From contig NC_058383.1 in the NCBI RefSeq assembly GCF_018350175.1, forward strand, positions 15,378,001-15,442,000: a DNA stretch of 64,000 bases. Direction: 5' to 3'. Below the pieces are notes generated by a model. It was not told the DNA's origin and ran no database searches. It saw nothing but the letters and a program-made list of their open reading frames with translations. Below are positions 25,449-37,656 of this stretch, in pieces. The stretch comes from Felis catus. Lineage: Eukaryota. How positions within the stretch are numbered: the first letter of the stretch is position 1; each line of letters opens with the position of its first letter. A program made the translations under genes and the position numbers.

Positions 25449-25668
25449 GGGGCGCCTGGGTGGCGCAGTCGGTTAAGCGTCCGACTTCAGCCAGGTCACG
25501 ATCTCGCGGTCCGTGAGTTCGAGCCCCGCGTCAGGCTCTGGGCTGATGGCTCAGAGCCTGGAGCCTGTTCCGATTCTGTGTCTCCCTCTCTCTCTGCCCC
25601 TCCCCCGTTCATGCTCTGTCTCTCTCTGTCCCAAAAATAAATAAACGTTGAAAAAAAAAATTTTTTTT
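25449..25668 (+). mobile_element. Young SINEC_Fc
   Basis: Near-consensus with CpGs intact; 18-bp perfect TSD aataatttctgcaacttc. Confidence 0.97.
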
Positions 25669-26049
25669 AATAATTTCTGCAACTTCATCAAGGTAATTCT
25701 TAAGTATAACTGACATTAAAAAAAAAAAAAACAGAGTGAATGCACTTTGACTACTTAGTACAGTTTGGTATATTGCCTTAATTCATACTGAGGGGTCGGC
25801 CTTTTTAACCAACATTGCTTTTGCACCATTAATGCAAATGTCCACACAGCAAAAAAGACAAATGACATCACAGTTTTATTATGAAAACAGTATTGACCTC
25901 TGGGACACCCAAGGGTCTGCAGATCACATTTTAAGAACCACCATTGTAGGTTACCAGCAATAAGTAATCTTGTCAATATAAAAAAATCAAGGATTTTGTT
26001 GAGGGGAAAAAAGTGGCACAATTACAAAATGAAAGAAATTAACTGAAAA

Positions 26050-26650
26050 CTAATGTTGGAATGAGAGTTCAACCACTTTGGAAAACTACTCATAATGTCT
26101 ACAAAAGCTAAACATATGTTTAAGCAATTCTACTCCAAGGTGTACACCCAAGAAAAATGAGTGTTAAGTCCAAAGACTGTACGTGAATGTTCATAGCACT
26201 GACTTTATATGAGCAAACACAGTAACAAAAAACTAGAAACAATCCATTGTCCATTAACAAGTAAATGAATAAATGGCAGCCTATCTACACAATGGAATAT
26301 ATTCAGCAAGAAATGAAGTATCGATCGATTCACACAGAAACATGGAAGAACATCAATAACGATGCCAAATGAATGAAGCCAGATCAAAAAGAGAACATAA
26401 TGCATAACTATATTAAATTCTAGAAAATATAAATTTTATATGCAGAGACAGAAAGCAAATCAGTGGTTTCCTGGAGATAGAAATAAAGAGATAGATGGAT
26501 TACAAAGAAGCACAAGGAAATCTGGGGGCTGTTCATTACCTTGATTTTGATGTGTATTCTCACTAATACACCCATAGGCCAAAATTCACAAATTGTATAC
26601 TTCACATACAATTTCTTGTAGGTCAATTATACTTCAATTAATGTTAAAAA
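26050..26650 (+). mobile_element. Old L1ME/MC 3' end
   Basis: caaccactttggaaaac, gcaattctactcc, tgttcatagcac, caattatacttcaat. Confidence 0.7.
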
Positions 26651-27119
26651 TATTTTAACTAAGAAGGGGGGGGTGGGGAGGGAAGATGTAGGAGTCAACT
26701 AGAAAAGTTCCCACCAACCAAATTGTGACATTTAGGATCAATAAAATGACTACGATGGGTTGAACTGATGAAAATACATCATTACATAATGAGATTACAA
26801 AACAGAGAAGAAAATTCATTGCCATCTGAGGCAGCTAATAAAATAACATCCACTTTGAAACCTGGTAACTACAGAGAAAGAATTAAACATGTATCCTGCT
26901 CGCCAACTGGAATAGTATTTCAGAGTAACTAAATATCTGTAGTTAGTAATAAAAATTTTCTTCCTTAAAGAATAATGCTAGTTAATAAACACAGAAGAAA
27001 TAACAGAATTAAAAATATGATTTTACAAAATCTAATCACGTATTGCCTCAGCCAAGTACTATCAATTGGTGTTAAAGAAAAAAAGCAAACCGCAGCTTAA
27101 TAGTTGACAGGAGTCAGGA

Positions 27120-29080
27120 TTTTTTTTATTTATTAATTTTAATGCCACTATAATTAATATACAGTATTATATTAGTTTCAGGTGTACCATATTGTGATTC
27201 AACAGTCACTGTTCAGTTCTCATCATGGTAAGTGTACTTTTAACCCTTCTCCTATTTCACCCATTTCCCTCTGGCAACCACCAGTTCATTCTCTGTATTT
27301 AAGCATGTTTTTCGTTTGCCTCTTTTTTAATTTGTCCATTTTGCTTCTTAAATTCCACATGAGGGAAATCATCACTTAGCAGTACACCTTCTAGATCCAT
27401 CTATGTGGTTGCAAATGGCAAGATTTCATTCCTTTTTATGGCTGTGTAATATTCGTGTGTGCGTGTGTGCGTGTGTGTGTGTGTACACACACATACCACT
27501 TCTTTCTCATTCATCTGTGGATGGACGCTTAAGTTGTTTCCATAATTTGACTATTGTAAATAACACTGCAATAAACATAAGGGTGCAAACAGCTTTTCAA
27601 ATTAGTGGTTTTGTATTCTTTGGGTAAATACCCAGTATTGCAATTACTGGATCATATGGTAATTCTAGTTTTACTTTTCTGAGGACCCTCCATACTGTTT
27701 TCCACAGTGGCTACACCAGTTTGCATTCCCACCAACAGCACAAGATGGTTCCCTTTTTCTCCACATCCTCACCAACACCTATTTCTTGCGTTTTTTAGTT
27801 TAGCCATTCTGACAGGTGTGAGGTGATATCTCATTGTGGTTTTGATTTGCATTCCCCTGATAATGAGCGATGATGAGCAACTTTGCATGTGTCTGTTCCC
27901 CATCTGGATGTCCTCTTTGGAGAAATGACTGTTCATGTCTTCTGCCTAATTTTTAAATGGATTATTGGGGGTATCTTTTAGCTGTATAAGTTCTTTATAT
28001 ATTTGGGATACTAAGCCTTTTTCAGATATGTCATTTGCAAATTTTTTCCTCCCATTCAGTATGCTTTTAGTTTTGTTGTTTCCTTTGCTGTGCAAAAACC
28101 TTCTATTTTGATGTAGGCCCAACAGTTTATTTTTGCTTTTGTTTCCCTTGTCTCCAGAGACGTGTCTAGTAAGAAGCTGCTGCGGCCGAGGTCAAAGAAG
28201 TTGCTGCCTGTCTTCTCCCAAAGGATTTTGATGGTTTTCTGTCTCAAAGTTAGGTCTTTAATCCATTTTGAGTGCACTTTTGTGTGTGGTATAAGAAAGT
28301 AGTTGAGGGGCACCCAGGTTGCTCAGTCGGTTGAGCGTCACGCTTTGGCTCAGGTCATGATCTTGCGGTTCGTGAGTTCAAGCCTCACATCAGTTCTGCT
28401 GCTGTCAGCGTAGAGCCTGCCTCAGATCCTCTGTCCCCCTCTCTCTGCCCACCACCCAATTTTTTTTAAAAAAAGGAAGCTAGTCAAGTTTCATTCTTTT
28501 GCATGTAGTTGTCTAGTTTTCATAGCACCATTTGTTGATGAGACTGTCTTTTTTCCATTGCAGAGTCTTGCCTCCTTTGTCAAAGATTAATTGACCATAT
28601 AATCATGGGTTTATTTCTGGGCTTTCTATTCTGTTCCACTGATCCATGTGTTTATTTTTGTGCTGGTACCATACTGCTTTGATGTAGTATGTCTTAAAAT
28701 CTGGAATTGTGATACCTCCAGTTCTGTTCTTCTTTTTTAAGATTGCTTTGGCTATTCAGGGTCTTTTGTGGTTCCATACAAATTCTGAGATTTTTTTTCT
28801 TCAAGTTCTATTTAAAATGCTGTTGGTATTTTGATAGGGACAGCATTAAATCTGTACGTTGCTTTGGGTAGTATGGACATCTTAACGATATTGGTTTTTC
28901 CAACACACGAGCATGGAATAGCTTTCCATTTGTTTGTGTCCTCTTCAATTTCTTTCATCAATGTTTTACAGTTTTCAGGCTACAGGTCTTTTACCTCCTT
29001 GGAGTTTATTCCTAGGTATTTACTCCTTTTGGTATGATTGTAAATGTTTTCTTAATTTCTCTGCTATTTCATTATTAGTG
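27120..29080 (-). mobile_element. Carnivore L1, 5'-truncated, sense to TYW1; one SINE inserted
   Basis: T-tract at 27120, then reverse 3' UTR and ORF2 C-terminal sequence (SKWIKDLTLR..TIKIL). Confidence 0.9.
28307..28475 (+). mobile_element. CAN SINE (3' shortened)
   Basis: ggggcacccaggttgctcagtcgg head. Confidence 0.88.
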
Positions 29081-29836
29081 GGGAAGCTTTATGTCTTAAT
29101 AATGCCAAAGTAAAGTTCTAGCAGCAAGGAGAAAAACATAACAATAAAAAAGAGAGTAGACTGTCATTATCCTGTTTCAGTGGTCAATATTAGCATCATT
29201 AATGTTAGGTCAACCAGATATCAAGTCTACTGATATGTATTAATGAATGCAATCAACGTGACTTGTAATATATAATCAAAAGTATTAAATATCAATTAAG
29301 CCTTTCAATGCAGTTTCTCCTTTACAAGAAATATTGGGAATAAGGAAATATGCCCAAAAAGACAAAGAAACACTAGATAAATCTGGAAGGTTGGATATTG
29401 TACAAAACTGGCCTAAAAAAGTCAGTGTCCTTTAAAAAAAAAAAAAAAATACTAGACTTGTTTACAAAAGTGACAACAGACAAAAACAGAGGAAATGTGA
29501 AGATTAACCAGTTATAATGGTCATTTGGGGGCTAATTCAGGAAATATGAATATGTTCAGGGTATTAGATGAGACAAAGATTTACTGAAAACTAGAGATTC
29601 ACTGCCAGGAAAAACCAGGTTATAAAACAGTATGATCTCATTGTATATACAGTCTGATCCCATTCAGGTTAAAATGAATATATATACAAAGAAAGCTTAT
29701 GTATTAAGGTGTTAGTGCAGAGACTATGTTGGAAATACGTTTCACTTTATTTTTATTTCTCTAAATATTTTCATTTTCTACAACACACAGTGTTTCTACA
29801 ATAATAAATGATTTTTTAAAAAATAAATCAGAACAT

Positions 29837-29976
29837 GGACACCAGGGTGGCTCAGTCGGTTCAGTGTCCAACTTCAGCTCAGGTCACAATCTCACGGTTT
29901 GTGGGTTTGAGCCCCGGGTCAGGCTCTCTGCTGACAGCTCAGAGCCTGGAGCCTGCCTCTGTTTTCTGTGACTCAC

Positions 29977-30013
<37 letters not shown>

Positions 30014-30095
30014 CTCTCTGCCCCTCCCCCACCCCCCACCCTTTCTCGCCCTCGAAAATAAACATTTAAAACAATTTTTTAAATAAAAATAAAAT
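29837..30095 (+). mobile_element. CAN SINE with long (CT)n
   Basis: TSD aatcagaacat. Confidence 0.92.
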
Positions 30096-30282
30096 GAATC
30101 AGAACATACATTTCAATGGGGCAATAAGACATAAGCATAACATTTGAAGAAGACACTGATAACTGCTTTCAGAGATGCAGAAAAACAGCTTTGGAATCAA
30201 CAGTAGTCAAAGTCACTTCCCATCATGGAAAACAAGAAAAGTTTCCTTAGGTAGTTATGAAAGATGAGCAAAAGGCCTAGAA

Positions 30283-30552
30283 CTCCACTATCCAGTACAG
30301 TAGCTACTAGCCATGTGTGGTTATTTAAGTTTAAATGAATTAAAATTAAATAAAACTTATAATTCAATTCTTCCTTAGTCACATCAGCCACATTTCAAGT
30401 GTTCAAAAGCCGCATGTGTCAGTTTCATGGTCAGGCAGGCACGCAGTTAGGTATGAAGTATTAGGTGTGAGGTACACAGTTAGTATGTTGCACTGTATAG
30501 TGCAGATCCAGAACATTCCCATCACTGCAGAGAAGTCCTATTGGAGAGAGCT
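30283..30552 (-). mobile_element. MER3-like hAT-Charlie MITE
   Basis: agctactagccatgtgtggttatttaagtttaaa..gccacatttcaagtg..gaacattcccatcactgcagagaagtcctattgga. Confidence 0.8.
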
Positions 30553-30688
30553 AAAGAGGTGGATGTCTCCTCTCACTATTACCATCAATACATCACTCAC
30601 TGCACTGCTGCCTTCCATCCCTTGAACACTGACACCAGTTTACAGGTTCTCAAGGGAAGAATGCTTCCACCAGATTCCAGGGAAGCTG

Positions 30689-31150
30689 TGTTAATGGACA
30701 ACCCTCAATGGTGGTTCTGCACCTCTTAGATCAGCTTTAGTTCCAGGCCATGCTTTCAAAGAATGTCTGTAGAGCAAACAGCCTTGGAAGCTAGAGTATC
30801 TCCCTTCAGGATAAAAGGCAGATTTGTTTTCTGTCCAGCATAACAGAGACCATGTCTCCCTCCCAGCTAAAGGTTGGGCAGGTTGGCAAGCAACCTTCTT
30901 GTAAGACTGGGGACTTAACTTGGGTTCCTCAGTCATAACATAAATCTGACATGCATCCAGAGTTCCCTCGGGCCCATTTCCACATCAAACTCCTAGCACT
31001 TGGGGGACAAGGGAACCAACATGACATTCAAACTGCCTGCTATGCTTTGCCTTTGACCCAGGAACTCTGTGTCCTCTGCCAACATCTATGCAACTCTGCT
31101 AGGCTGTGAGCTTGTAAGTAAGAGAAAGCAGCACACTTTTCACAGTTGTT
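30689..31150 (+). mobile_element. LTR40-like solo LTR
   Basis: aaagaatgtctgtagagcaaacagccttggaag, ctttgacccaggaactc and gcttgtaagtaag are shared with the 13937 element. Confidence 0.65.
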
Positions 31151-31151
31151 G

Positions 31152-31337
31152 GGTTTTTTTAATGTTTATTTTTGAGAGAGAGTGTGCACAAGCAGGGGAG
31201 GGACGGGGAGACAGAGGATCTGAAGCAGACTCTGTGCAGACAGCAGAGCCCAATGCAGGGCTCGAACTCACAAACTGTAAGATCATGACCTGAACCGAAG
31301 TCAGACGCTTAACTGACTGGGCCACCCAGGCGCCCCC
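31152..31337 (-). mobile_element. CAN SINE
   Basis: Reverse-complement SINE ending ggcgcccc. Confidence 0.92.
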
Positions 31338-31911
31338 ATAGTTTTTAACCGTTAACACTATCAGCTGGCTCCTTTGAGCTCCTCATGCCATGGAAACAAG
31401 AACTTTGTCAGGAACCAAGGGGATTTCTGGGGCATCTCTTCAGACTCATGGACATCAGTAAACGTTAAGAGTGCCGGAGGGCCCACTACTGGCCCAAACT
31501 CTTCACTGACAGACTGGATCACCCACTTGGTAAAGAACCATCACATCGAGGCATTCATTGAGCACAAAGGACATGTGACCTGCCTACTGGAAGAAGAAAG
31601 TTATAAATACCAACAGGGAACAGGTGCAAATGAGGGTAGTTGTATCTATGCATATATATCTTTCTCTTCTCCAATTACTTACAGGGATGCATCGGTGGTA
31701 GGTAACCTTATGATTTCATCCCTAGGTACAGGGTCTCAAAAGAGCATTCTCCCTTTTAAAGAACAGAGTGAATGAATACATACATCCTCCCTTGCATGAG
31801 TAGTGGCTGCAACAGATTAGGCAGAAGCAAATGTTTTGTTTACATTATTGTTTGAAAAAGTAACTGCAGGCAGAGGGTGTATATAGATGCTGAACATCCA
31901 AAGAGGTACAC

Positions 31912-32345
31912 AGTACAATACTCGCTCCCACGCCTACCTGTCTAAGCAGGGGCTAGACGCCCTACGACACTTCTTCTCAGACTCCCTTGTCTGAAGGAAC
32001 GCCACCAACGAGAGGCATTTATACAAGATTCAGAAGACTAAAAGGAGAGACTGTGGTCCCTTTCTGGCAGCAGCTGGCAGACACAAGGGCATACAGCGAA
32101 CATCAAGTCTGCAGCGGCTTCAGAGTGGGCTCCTGGGAAACATCTGCCTTAATGCTGCAGCAGCTCAGGTCACTCAAGGCCTGTGAGCCCAGCACTTTCG
32201 ATTTCCTCAAAGCCAGAAGCAATTCTCTCTGACCTTCACTACCGCGGGCCTTTCAACAGCTTTGTAAACGTTTAGTTAATTTACTTTATTAAATCTGTTC
32301 TTGCTAAAATACCCAGGGTGCTTTCTGTTTTCCTGGCCGACACAG
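31912..32345 (+). mobile_element. ERVL LTR (LTR33/LTR41-like), probable 3' LTR of the adjacent internal remnant
   Basis: Preceded by ccaaagaggtac (PPT-like); 3' end ttattaaatctgttcttgctaaaatacccagggtgctttctgttttcctg. Confidence 0.65.
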
Positions 32346-32489
32346 ATGGGCAGGATTTGGTCAGGTGGAGATTACAGCGGGGGAGAGAAGCAGCACACAA
32401 CGTAGGGAGATTACGGCAGAAAAACAATGTTGAACAAGTGGATCATAACTACACTAAGTAGGCTCTTTCTCGGTTCAGGCCTCTATCAC

Positions 32490-33290
32490 ACTAATTCTTT
32501 GATCCAACAAATGTTTACTAAGCAATTATTACATGCCAGACTCTATTCTTGGTATTGGAAAGAAAAACAAGGACTCTCAGGTTGGGGAGGGGCTGAGAGG
32601 AGAAGGGAGGAGACAGATAATAAACAAAGGTACCATCTAGTAAATGGTAATAAGAGCGGCTGAGAAATTCCAAGCAGCCTAAGTCGCTCTGATAGAAACT
32701 CTCTGAGCGGAGATCTAAGAGACAGGGGCCAGAAAGCTTGGGAGGAGTCTGGACTTGGTGCATTCAGGGACCAGCAAGAGGGCTAGCATGGCTGGACTAA
32801 AGCACGGAAGACCAGATCACACAAGGCCTTGGAGGCCGTGAAAAGGACTCGGGCTTTTATTCTGAGTGAGATGGGAACCCCTGGAAGTTCTGGACAAAAA
32901 GTGACAGGATCTGATCTATCTGGCTTCTGTGTGGGGAACAGACAAGAGTGGAACCAGAACAAGCACTCACATCTCTGAAATAGTGTAAGGAATATATGAC
33001 AGAGACTTGGACGAAGGTAGTATAAGCGGGGAAAAGTAATCACATTCTGGATATATTCTGAAAAGAAAATTTGCTCATGGAATAGATGTGGGAGGGGGGA
33101 AAAAAAACAGAAGAGTAAAAATGACTCCCAGGTTTTTGGCCTGAGCAAACGATACAGTTGCCATTAATTGACAGAATGAAGACTGAGGGGAACAGATTTA
33201 GGAGAGAAAATCAATAATTCCATTTTTGACATGTTAAAGTTCAAGATGCCTATTACACATCCAAATTGACATGTTGAGTAAGAGGTAATG
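32490..33290 (-). mobile_element. L2 fragment
   Basis: caacaaatgtttactaagc, ggcttttattctgagtgagatggga, gactcccaggtttttggcctgagcaa, ttcaagatgcctatt. Confidence 0.85.
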
Positions 33291-33495
33291 GAGAGCCACT
33301 ATAAGCTTCTGGGAAGGGAGTAGCTAGAGGAGAAGTATACTTCAGAGATTAACCAAGCTAATGTCAGATAAATTGGACAGGGGAGACAGAGTTGGGGATT
33401 CACTAGAAGCTGGTACTAGAGGGGAAAAAAAACTAGCTGCAATGTTCAAGAGGACAACGTGAACTTGGGAAGGTGGCAATGAAAATGGATTGGGG

Positions 33496-33870
33496 CAGGC
33501 GTTCTCAATGGGACCGACACCACCCAATGAGGGTATGGAAATCTGACTACTAGCAATAAGCAGGTGGGGCCAAGGGTTTCACATTTCCTGCAATGCTCAG
33601 GATAAATCCCATGAGAAAAAAAAAAGTCGCCACTTCCTTTCAAATGATTCACCAGACCTCCATACTTGCGAAAAATCTAATTATAATTATCTGAGCATAG
33701 ATTCCAACTTCTTCTTGCTAATAAAGTATTTCCTGCACAATTGTACCAGATACTAAATTTTCCAGGAATGCAGCTATCATGTAAATTAAAGAAAACACTC
33801 TCTTTTATGCAAAACTTTCTCCAAGAAATTTCACCATTTTGAAAAACCATGAAAATAATGCTGTTTTCTA
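33496..33870 (+). mobile_element. MER20B-like hAT-Charlie fragment
   Basis: caggcgttctcaa start, ataattatctgagc, aattttccaggaatgcagcta, ttcaccattttgaaaaa. Confidence 0.65.
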
Positions 33871-34050
33871 GTATTTAAGTCATGAGCAAATACCTGTATC
33901 TGTGTTGTATATGTAGGTACCACCTACAAATACATTACAGGGGAGATTCAAGATGCTTTTGGTAGACTTAGAAGCAGATATTCAATTAACAGACATATGA
34001 AATGCAAGATTCTCGCTAATCAAAGTTGTTTTAAAATTATTAGTCATTCT

Positions 34051-34290
34051 GGGGCACCTGGGTAACTCAGCCTGGTTAAGCATCCAACTCTTGATTTCAG
34101 CTCGAGTCATGATCCCAGTTGGGGGTCAAGGGATCATTAGATTGAGCCCCACGTCAGGCTCCGTGCTGAGCGTGGAGTCTGCTGAAGATTCTCTCCCTCT
34201 CTCTCTCCCTCTGCCCCTCCCCCTACTCACGCACGCATGTACTCTCTCTCTTCTCTCTCAAAAAGTAAAAATAAGAAAAAAAAAATAAAA
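34051..34290 (+). mobile_element. CAN SINE
   Basis: Head, CT tract and A-tail; aaattatta flanks. Confidence 0.9.
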
Positions 34291-35924
34291 TTATTACAGT
34301 CGTTATACTGTTAATTTTTATAACATAAGGACAAGGTATCTATCTTGCAATAATTATTTGAAACTGAACTTGTTTTGGGGGGATTGCCTGCCGTTTCAAA
34401 ATCTTACTCAGAAACTGTCACCAGAGGTCTACCACACCTCTTGGCCACTCGCGCTACCATTTCTGCCTCTCCAGTCCATCCTCTGGTCCTACTGTCACTT
34501 AAAGGTATGGCCTCCAAGATTTCGTTGCAAATGAAAGACAGAATGTGGATCTCAACAAGACGTGGAATTTCAAGGCAGAAGATAAGTATTTTCTATGACA
34601 ATCCATCTCTACTCCTCCCAAGTTGCAACAAAAAACATTTTTCTGAGTCAACAGTTATAAGCGAAACACCACCCATTTGCGAGCACATCCTACTTTCTCA
34701 TTTTTCCAATTTGATAATGTGTAATTGCTTGGCCTGTTAGCCTTACTTCAGTTAGGGTTACTGCCCTCTTGTCGTTATTATACCTACATAAGTCTGGCTT
34801 GTTTTTACTTCTTGTACAGAATAACTTCTAATCTGTTTCTCTCTCTTAACTGTAAAGTCGTCCATCATAAGCAGGTGCAAGCAGTGCCTGTCCCACAGTG
34901 CCTTCGAATGGCGTAGTGCCTGAACATTTTATACAGAAATACAAACCATTTTAATACAAAGTACTTCCTCTTGTCTCTCCTTACATTACAGCTAGAGCAG
35001 AACACTAACTTTCTAAATTATGTATGTGAAACTATATTTGTAAATCCATAAACTTAATCTAGCTGTTGTAAAATGCTGGTTATAAGCAGAAGGCATTGAG
35101 TCTGACATTACTGAAAATCACTGGATTAGAAGAGACAAATACTGGATGTTAAAAGGGTTAAAAAAAAAAAAAAAAAAAAGTTGAGCACAACAGTACGTTG
35201 AGTGACTAAGGTGCCAGAAGTGTCATCAGCATGTTCATGCCCCAAAGGGTGAAGGCAGAAAAATAGTGGTGAAAAAAAGTAAGAGTTTCTCAAATACTAA
35301 TCAACAACAGCAAAAGGCCTAGGGGGCCGATGGCACTGAAAGCATGCTCAGGGAAATAGTGAGCGGACAGGATACTCCGAAAACAACGGGGGCTGCAGAA
35401 GCAGCCTCCCTCTTAGGGAGGGCCAGCAAGGCACTGAGGCACCAAGCAGAGGTCAACTGTGGATTATGGCAGCGAGGGCAGGGGCATTCCAAGAGAAAGA
35501 TGAAGCATGCTTCCTTGCCAAGAACAAGAGAGCACACCATTAAAGGCTGGTTCTAGAAGAGTCAGGAGTCATGATGGACAGGACACAGAGAAATAGAAAG
35601 TACGAGACAGACATCAGGAGGTAGTAGTGTGAACTGAGGACAGAAATTTGTAAGAACAGGAATAAAGAATATAAAAAAAAGTCAAGCATGCCTGGAGAAG
35701 AAAGCCTGGTTTATTTAGAACTGTCAGGTCTGAGCTAACCAAAACCTCAACAAGAGTGGCTCTTTGTGGGGAACACTCGTTATGGGGATAGGACAGGCTG
35801 GAAAAAGGCCGGGAAGACAGCAATGGAGCCACTGCGACATCGGAAGCCAAGTTGCTGGAGGCCTGCAGAGACTCAGCTCCTGGTGACACGGCCACAAACA
35901 GTGGCAGGAGAGTCACACCATCCA

Positions 35925-36815
35925 CGTGATAAAGAACTAGTATCCAGTATATATAAACAGCTCTTACAAGCGCTGTTAACCCGATGTTAAAATGGCAAAG
36001 AATTTGAACAGACATTTCTCCAAAGATTCACCAAAGGCCAAGAAGTAAACATAGTCAACAATGTTTCCCATTAATGGAAATGCAAATGCAAATCAAAATC
36101 ACTATAGGGTAACAATCTCACCCCCACTAGGATGGCTATAATCCAAAAGACAGACAACAACAAACATTAGCAGGTTGTGGAGGAACTGGAACCCTTGTAC
36201 ACTGCAGGTGGAAACAGAAAATATGCTCAGTTTTGCAGTCCCTCAAATGATTTAAACATAGTTACCACGACCCACAAATTCCACTCATAGGCCTATAACC
36301 AAAGCACATAAAAACACGTCCACACGAAAACCTGTACATATAATAATGTCCGTAGGAGCGTAATTCGTAAAACCAAAAGGGGGAAGCAAACCAAATGTCC
36401 ATCAAATGATGGACGACAACAACAAATGGGATATATCTACACATGGAATACTACTGGCCATAAAAAGGAATGGAATATTGATCTGTATTATCACACGGAT
36501 GTGTCTTGAAAACATTATGCTAAATGAGAGAAGCCAACACAAAAGGTCACATCATGCATGAACGTCCAGGTTAGGGGAATTCACAGAGATAATAAGTAGA
36601 TTAATGATGCTTCAGGGGTGGGAGGAGAAGTGTGAATGAAGGTGGACTGTTAGTGGGTGCATGACATCTTTCAGAGGGGACAAAAATGTTCTAAAATTAG
36701 ATTGTGATAATGGTTGCAAAGCCCTGTGAATATACTAAAACCCACTCAACTGTACACTTTAAAGTGTGGGAGTTGTTTGATAGGTAAATTATATCTCAAT
36801 AAAGCTATTTTAAAA
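35925..36815 (+). mobile_element. L1MB-like 3' end
   Basis: ORF2 C-terminal remnant; ends aaattatatctcaataaagct. Confidence 0.8.
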
Positions 36816-36849
36816 TGCCATCTTATTTGTTCCCATGGGATTTTAACTC

Positions 36850-37656
36850 ACGGAAGTGAGTACCAACCTGGAGAGGCCAATGCCAGTGAAAGAATATCTT
36901 GCTTACATTTCCCAAGACAAGAGGGCACCCTCACCACACAGGGTAACAGAGGACTAGCAGGTTTGTTCAGGAGACAGAGCAGGAGAGAGGGGAAAGCCTA
37001 GGCCAGAGCTTTTACTGGGGATCCCTTGGGAAAGGCAGGCAAGACAGGGTAAACAATGCAGCATTGGTTTGTCTGAATAATTCAGGCTATAGCACTGTCA
37101 CTAGTTGTCCAGTACCTGGCCCTGGGATAATACAGAGTGGGGAAGGTATTGGCATGGTGTGTGAGTGAGATAAGGAGGTAACTGAAGGCTACAGATTCAG
37201 GATTGGTTGGTTGGCAAACTCAAGGCAAGCTATTATGGTCTTTAGGAATTAGCTAGCCCTGGGAGGGACAGTTTCTCCCCAGGTCTGTAAGGCTCTCAAA
37301 AGTCAGAGCATCAAGACTACAAAATGAGGCACCTGGGTGGCTCAATGGTTAAGTGTCCAGCTCTTGGTTTCAGGTCAGGTCCTGATCTCTCACAGTTTCC
37401 TGAGTTCGAGCCCCGCATTTGGCTCTGCGCTGACCGTTCAGAACCTACTTGGGATTCTCTCTCTCCCCCTCTCTCTCTGCCCCTTCCCCACTCACGCGGT
37501 CTCCATCTCTCTCAAATAAATAAATAAACTTAAAAAACTTAAAAAAAAATACAAAATAAGAAAATAGTTAATATAACTAGCCCTGTGATGAATGAATGCC
37601 AAATAGACAAATTCAGAATCTAAGGAACCAGAACAAACATAAAATAGAAACTCACA
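36850..37656 (-). mobile_element. ERVL LTR (MER74/MER76-like) with a SINE insertion
   Basis: taggaattagctagccctgggagggacagt and cagagcatcaag..acaaaataagaaaatag match recalled MER74-group LTRs in reverse. Confidence 0.6.
37326..37549 (+). mobile_element. CAN SINE
   Basis: TSD tacaaaat. Confidence 0.92.

Larger units (their letters stand above)
24155..25942 (-). mobile_element. Charlie1-like hAT DNA transposon fossil interrupted by two SINEs
   Basis: ggaccctaaagaactttcatttgtgtggtttatatc and terminal cagtattgacctc..gggtctgcagatcacattttaagaaccac match recalled Charlie1 consensus. Confidence 0.8.
30555..31890 (+). mobile_element. ERVL-class internal remnant (pol 3' end / dUTPase-like region), split by an LTR40-like LTR and a SINE
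   Basis: Degenerate peptides KGRMLPP (cf. GGMLPPGD), ctttgagctcctcatgcc (cf. FGLLMP) and EHKGHVTCLLEEESYKYQ (cf. EGKGNMEWVVEEGSYKYQ). Confidence 0.7.

Noticed and set aside
25449..25540. tRNA-like A/B box sequences as tRNA genes
   Set aside because: They are tRNA-derived SINE heads followed by SINE body, CT tract, A-tail and TSD
31374..31775. 133-aa ORF as a co-opted ERV gene
   Set aside because: Non-ATG start, and ERVL similarity is in frame only for short patches; consistent with a decayed fossil
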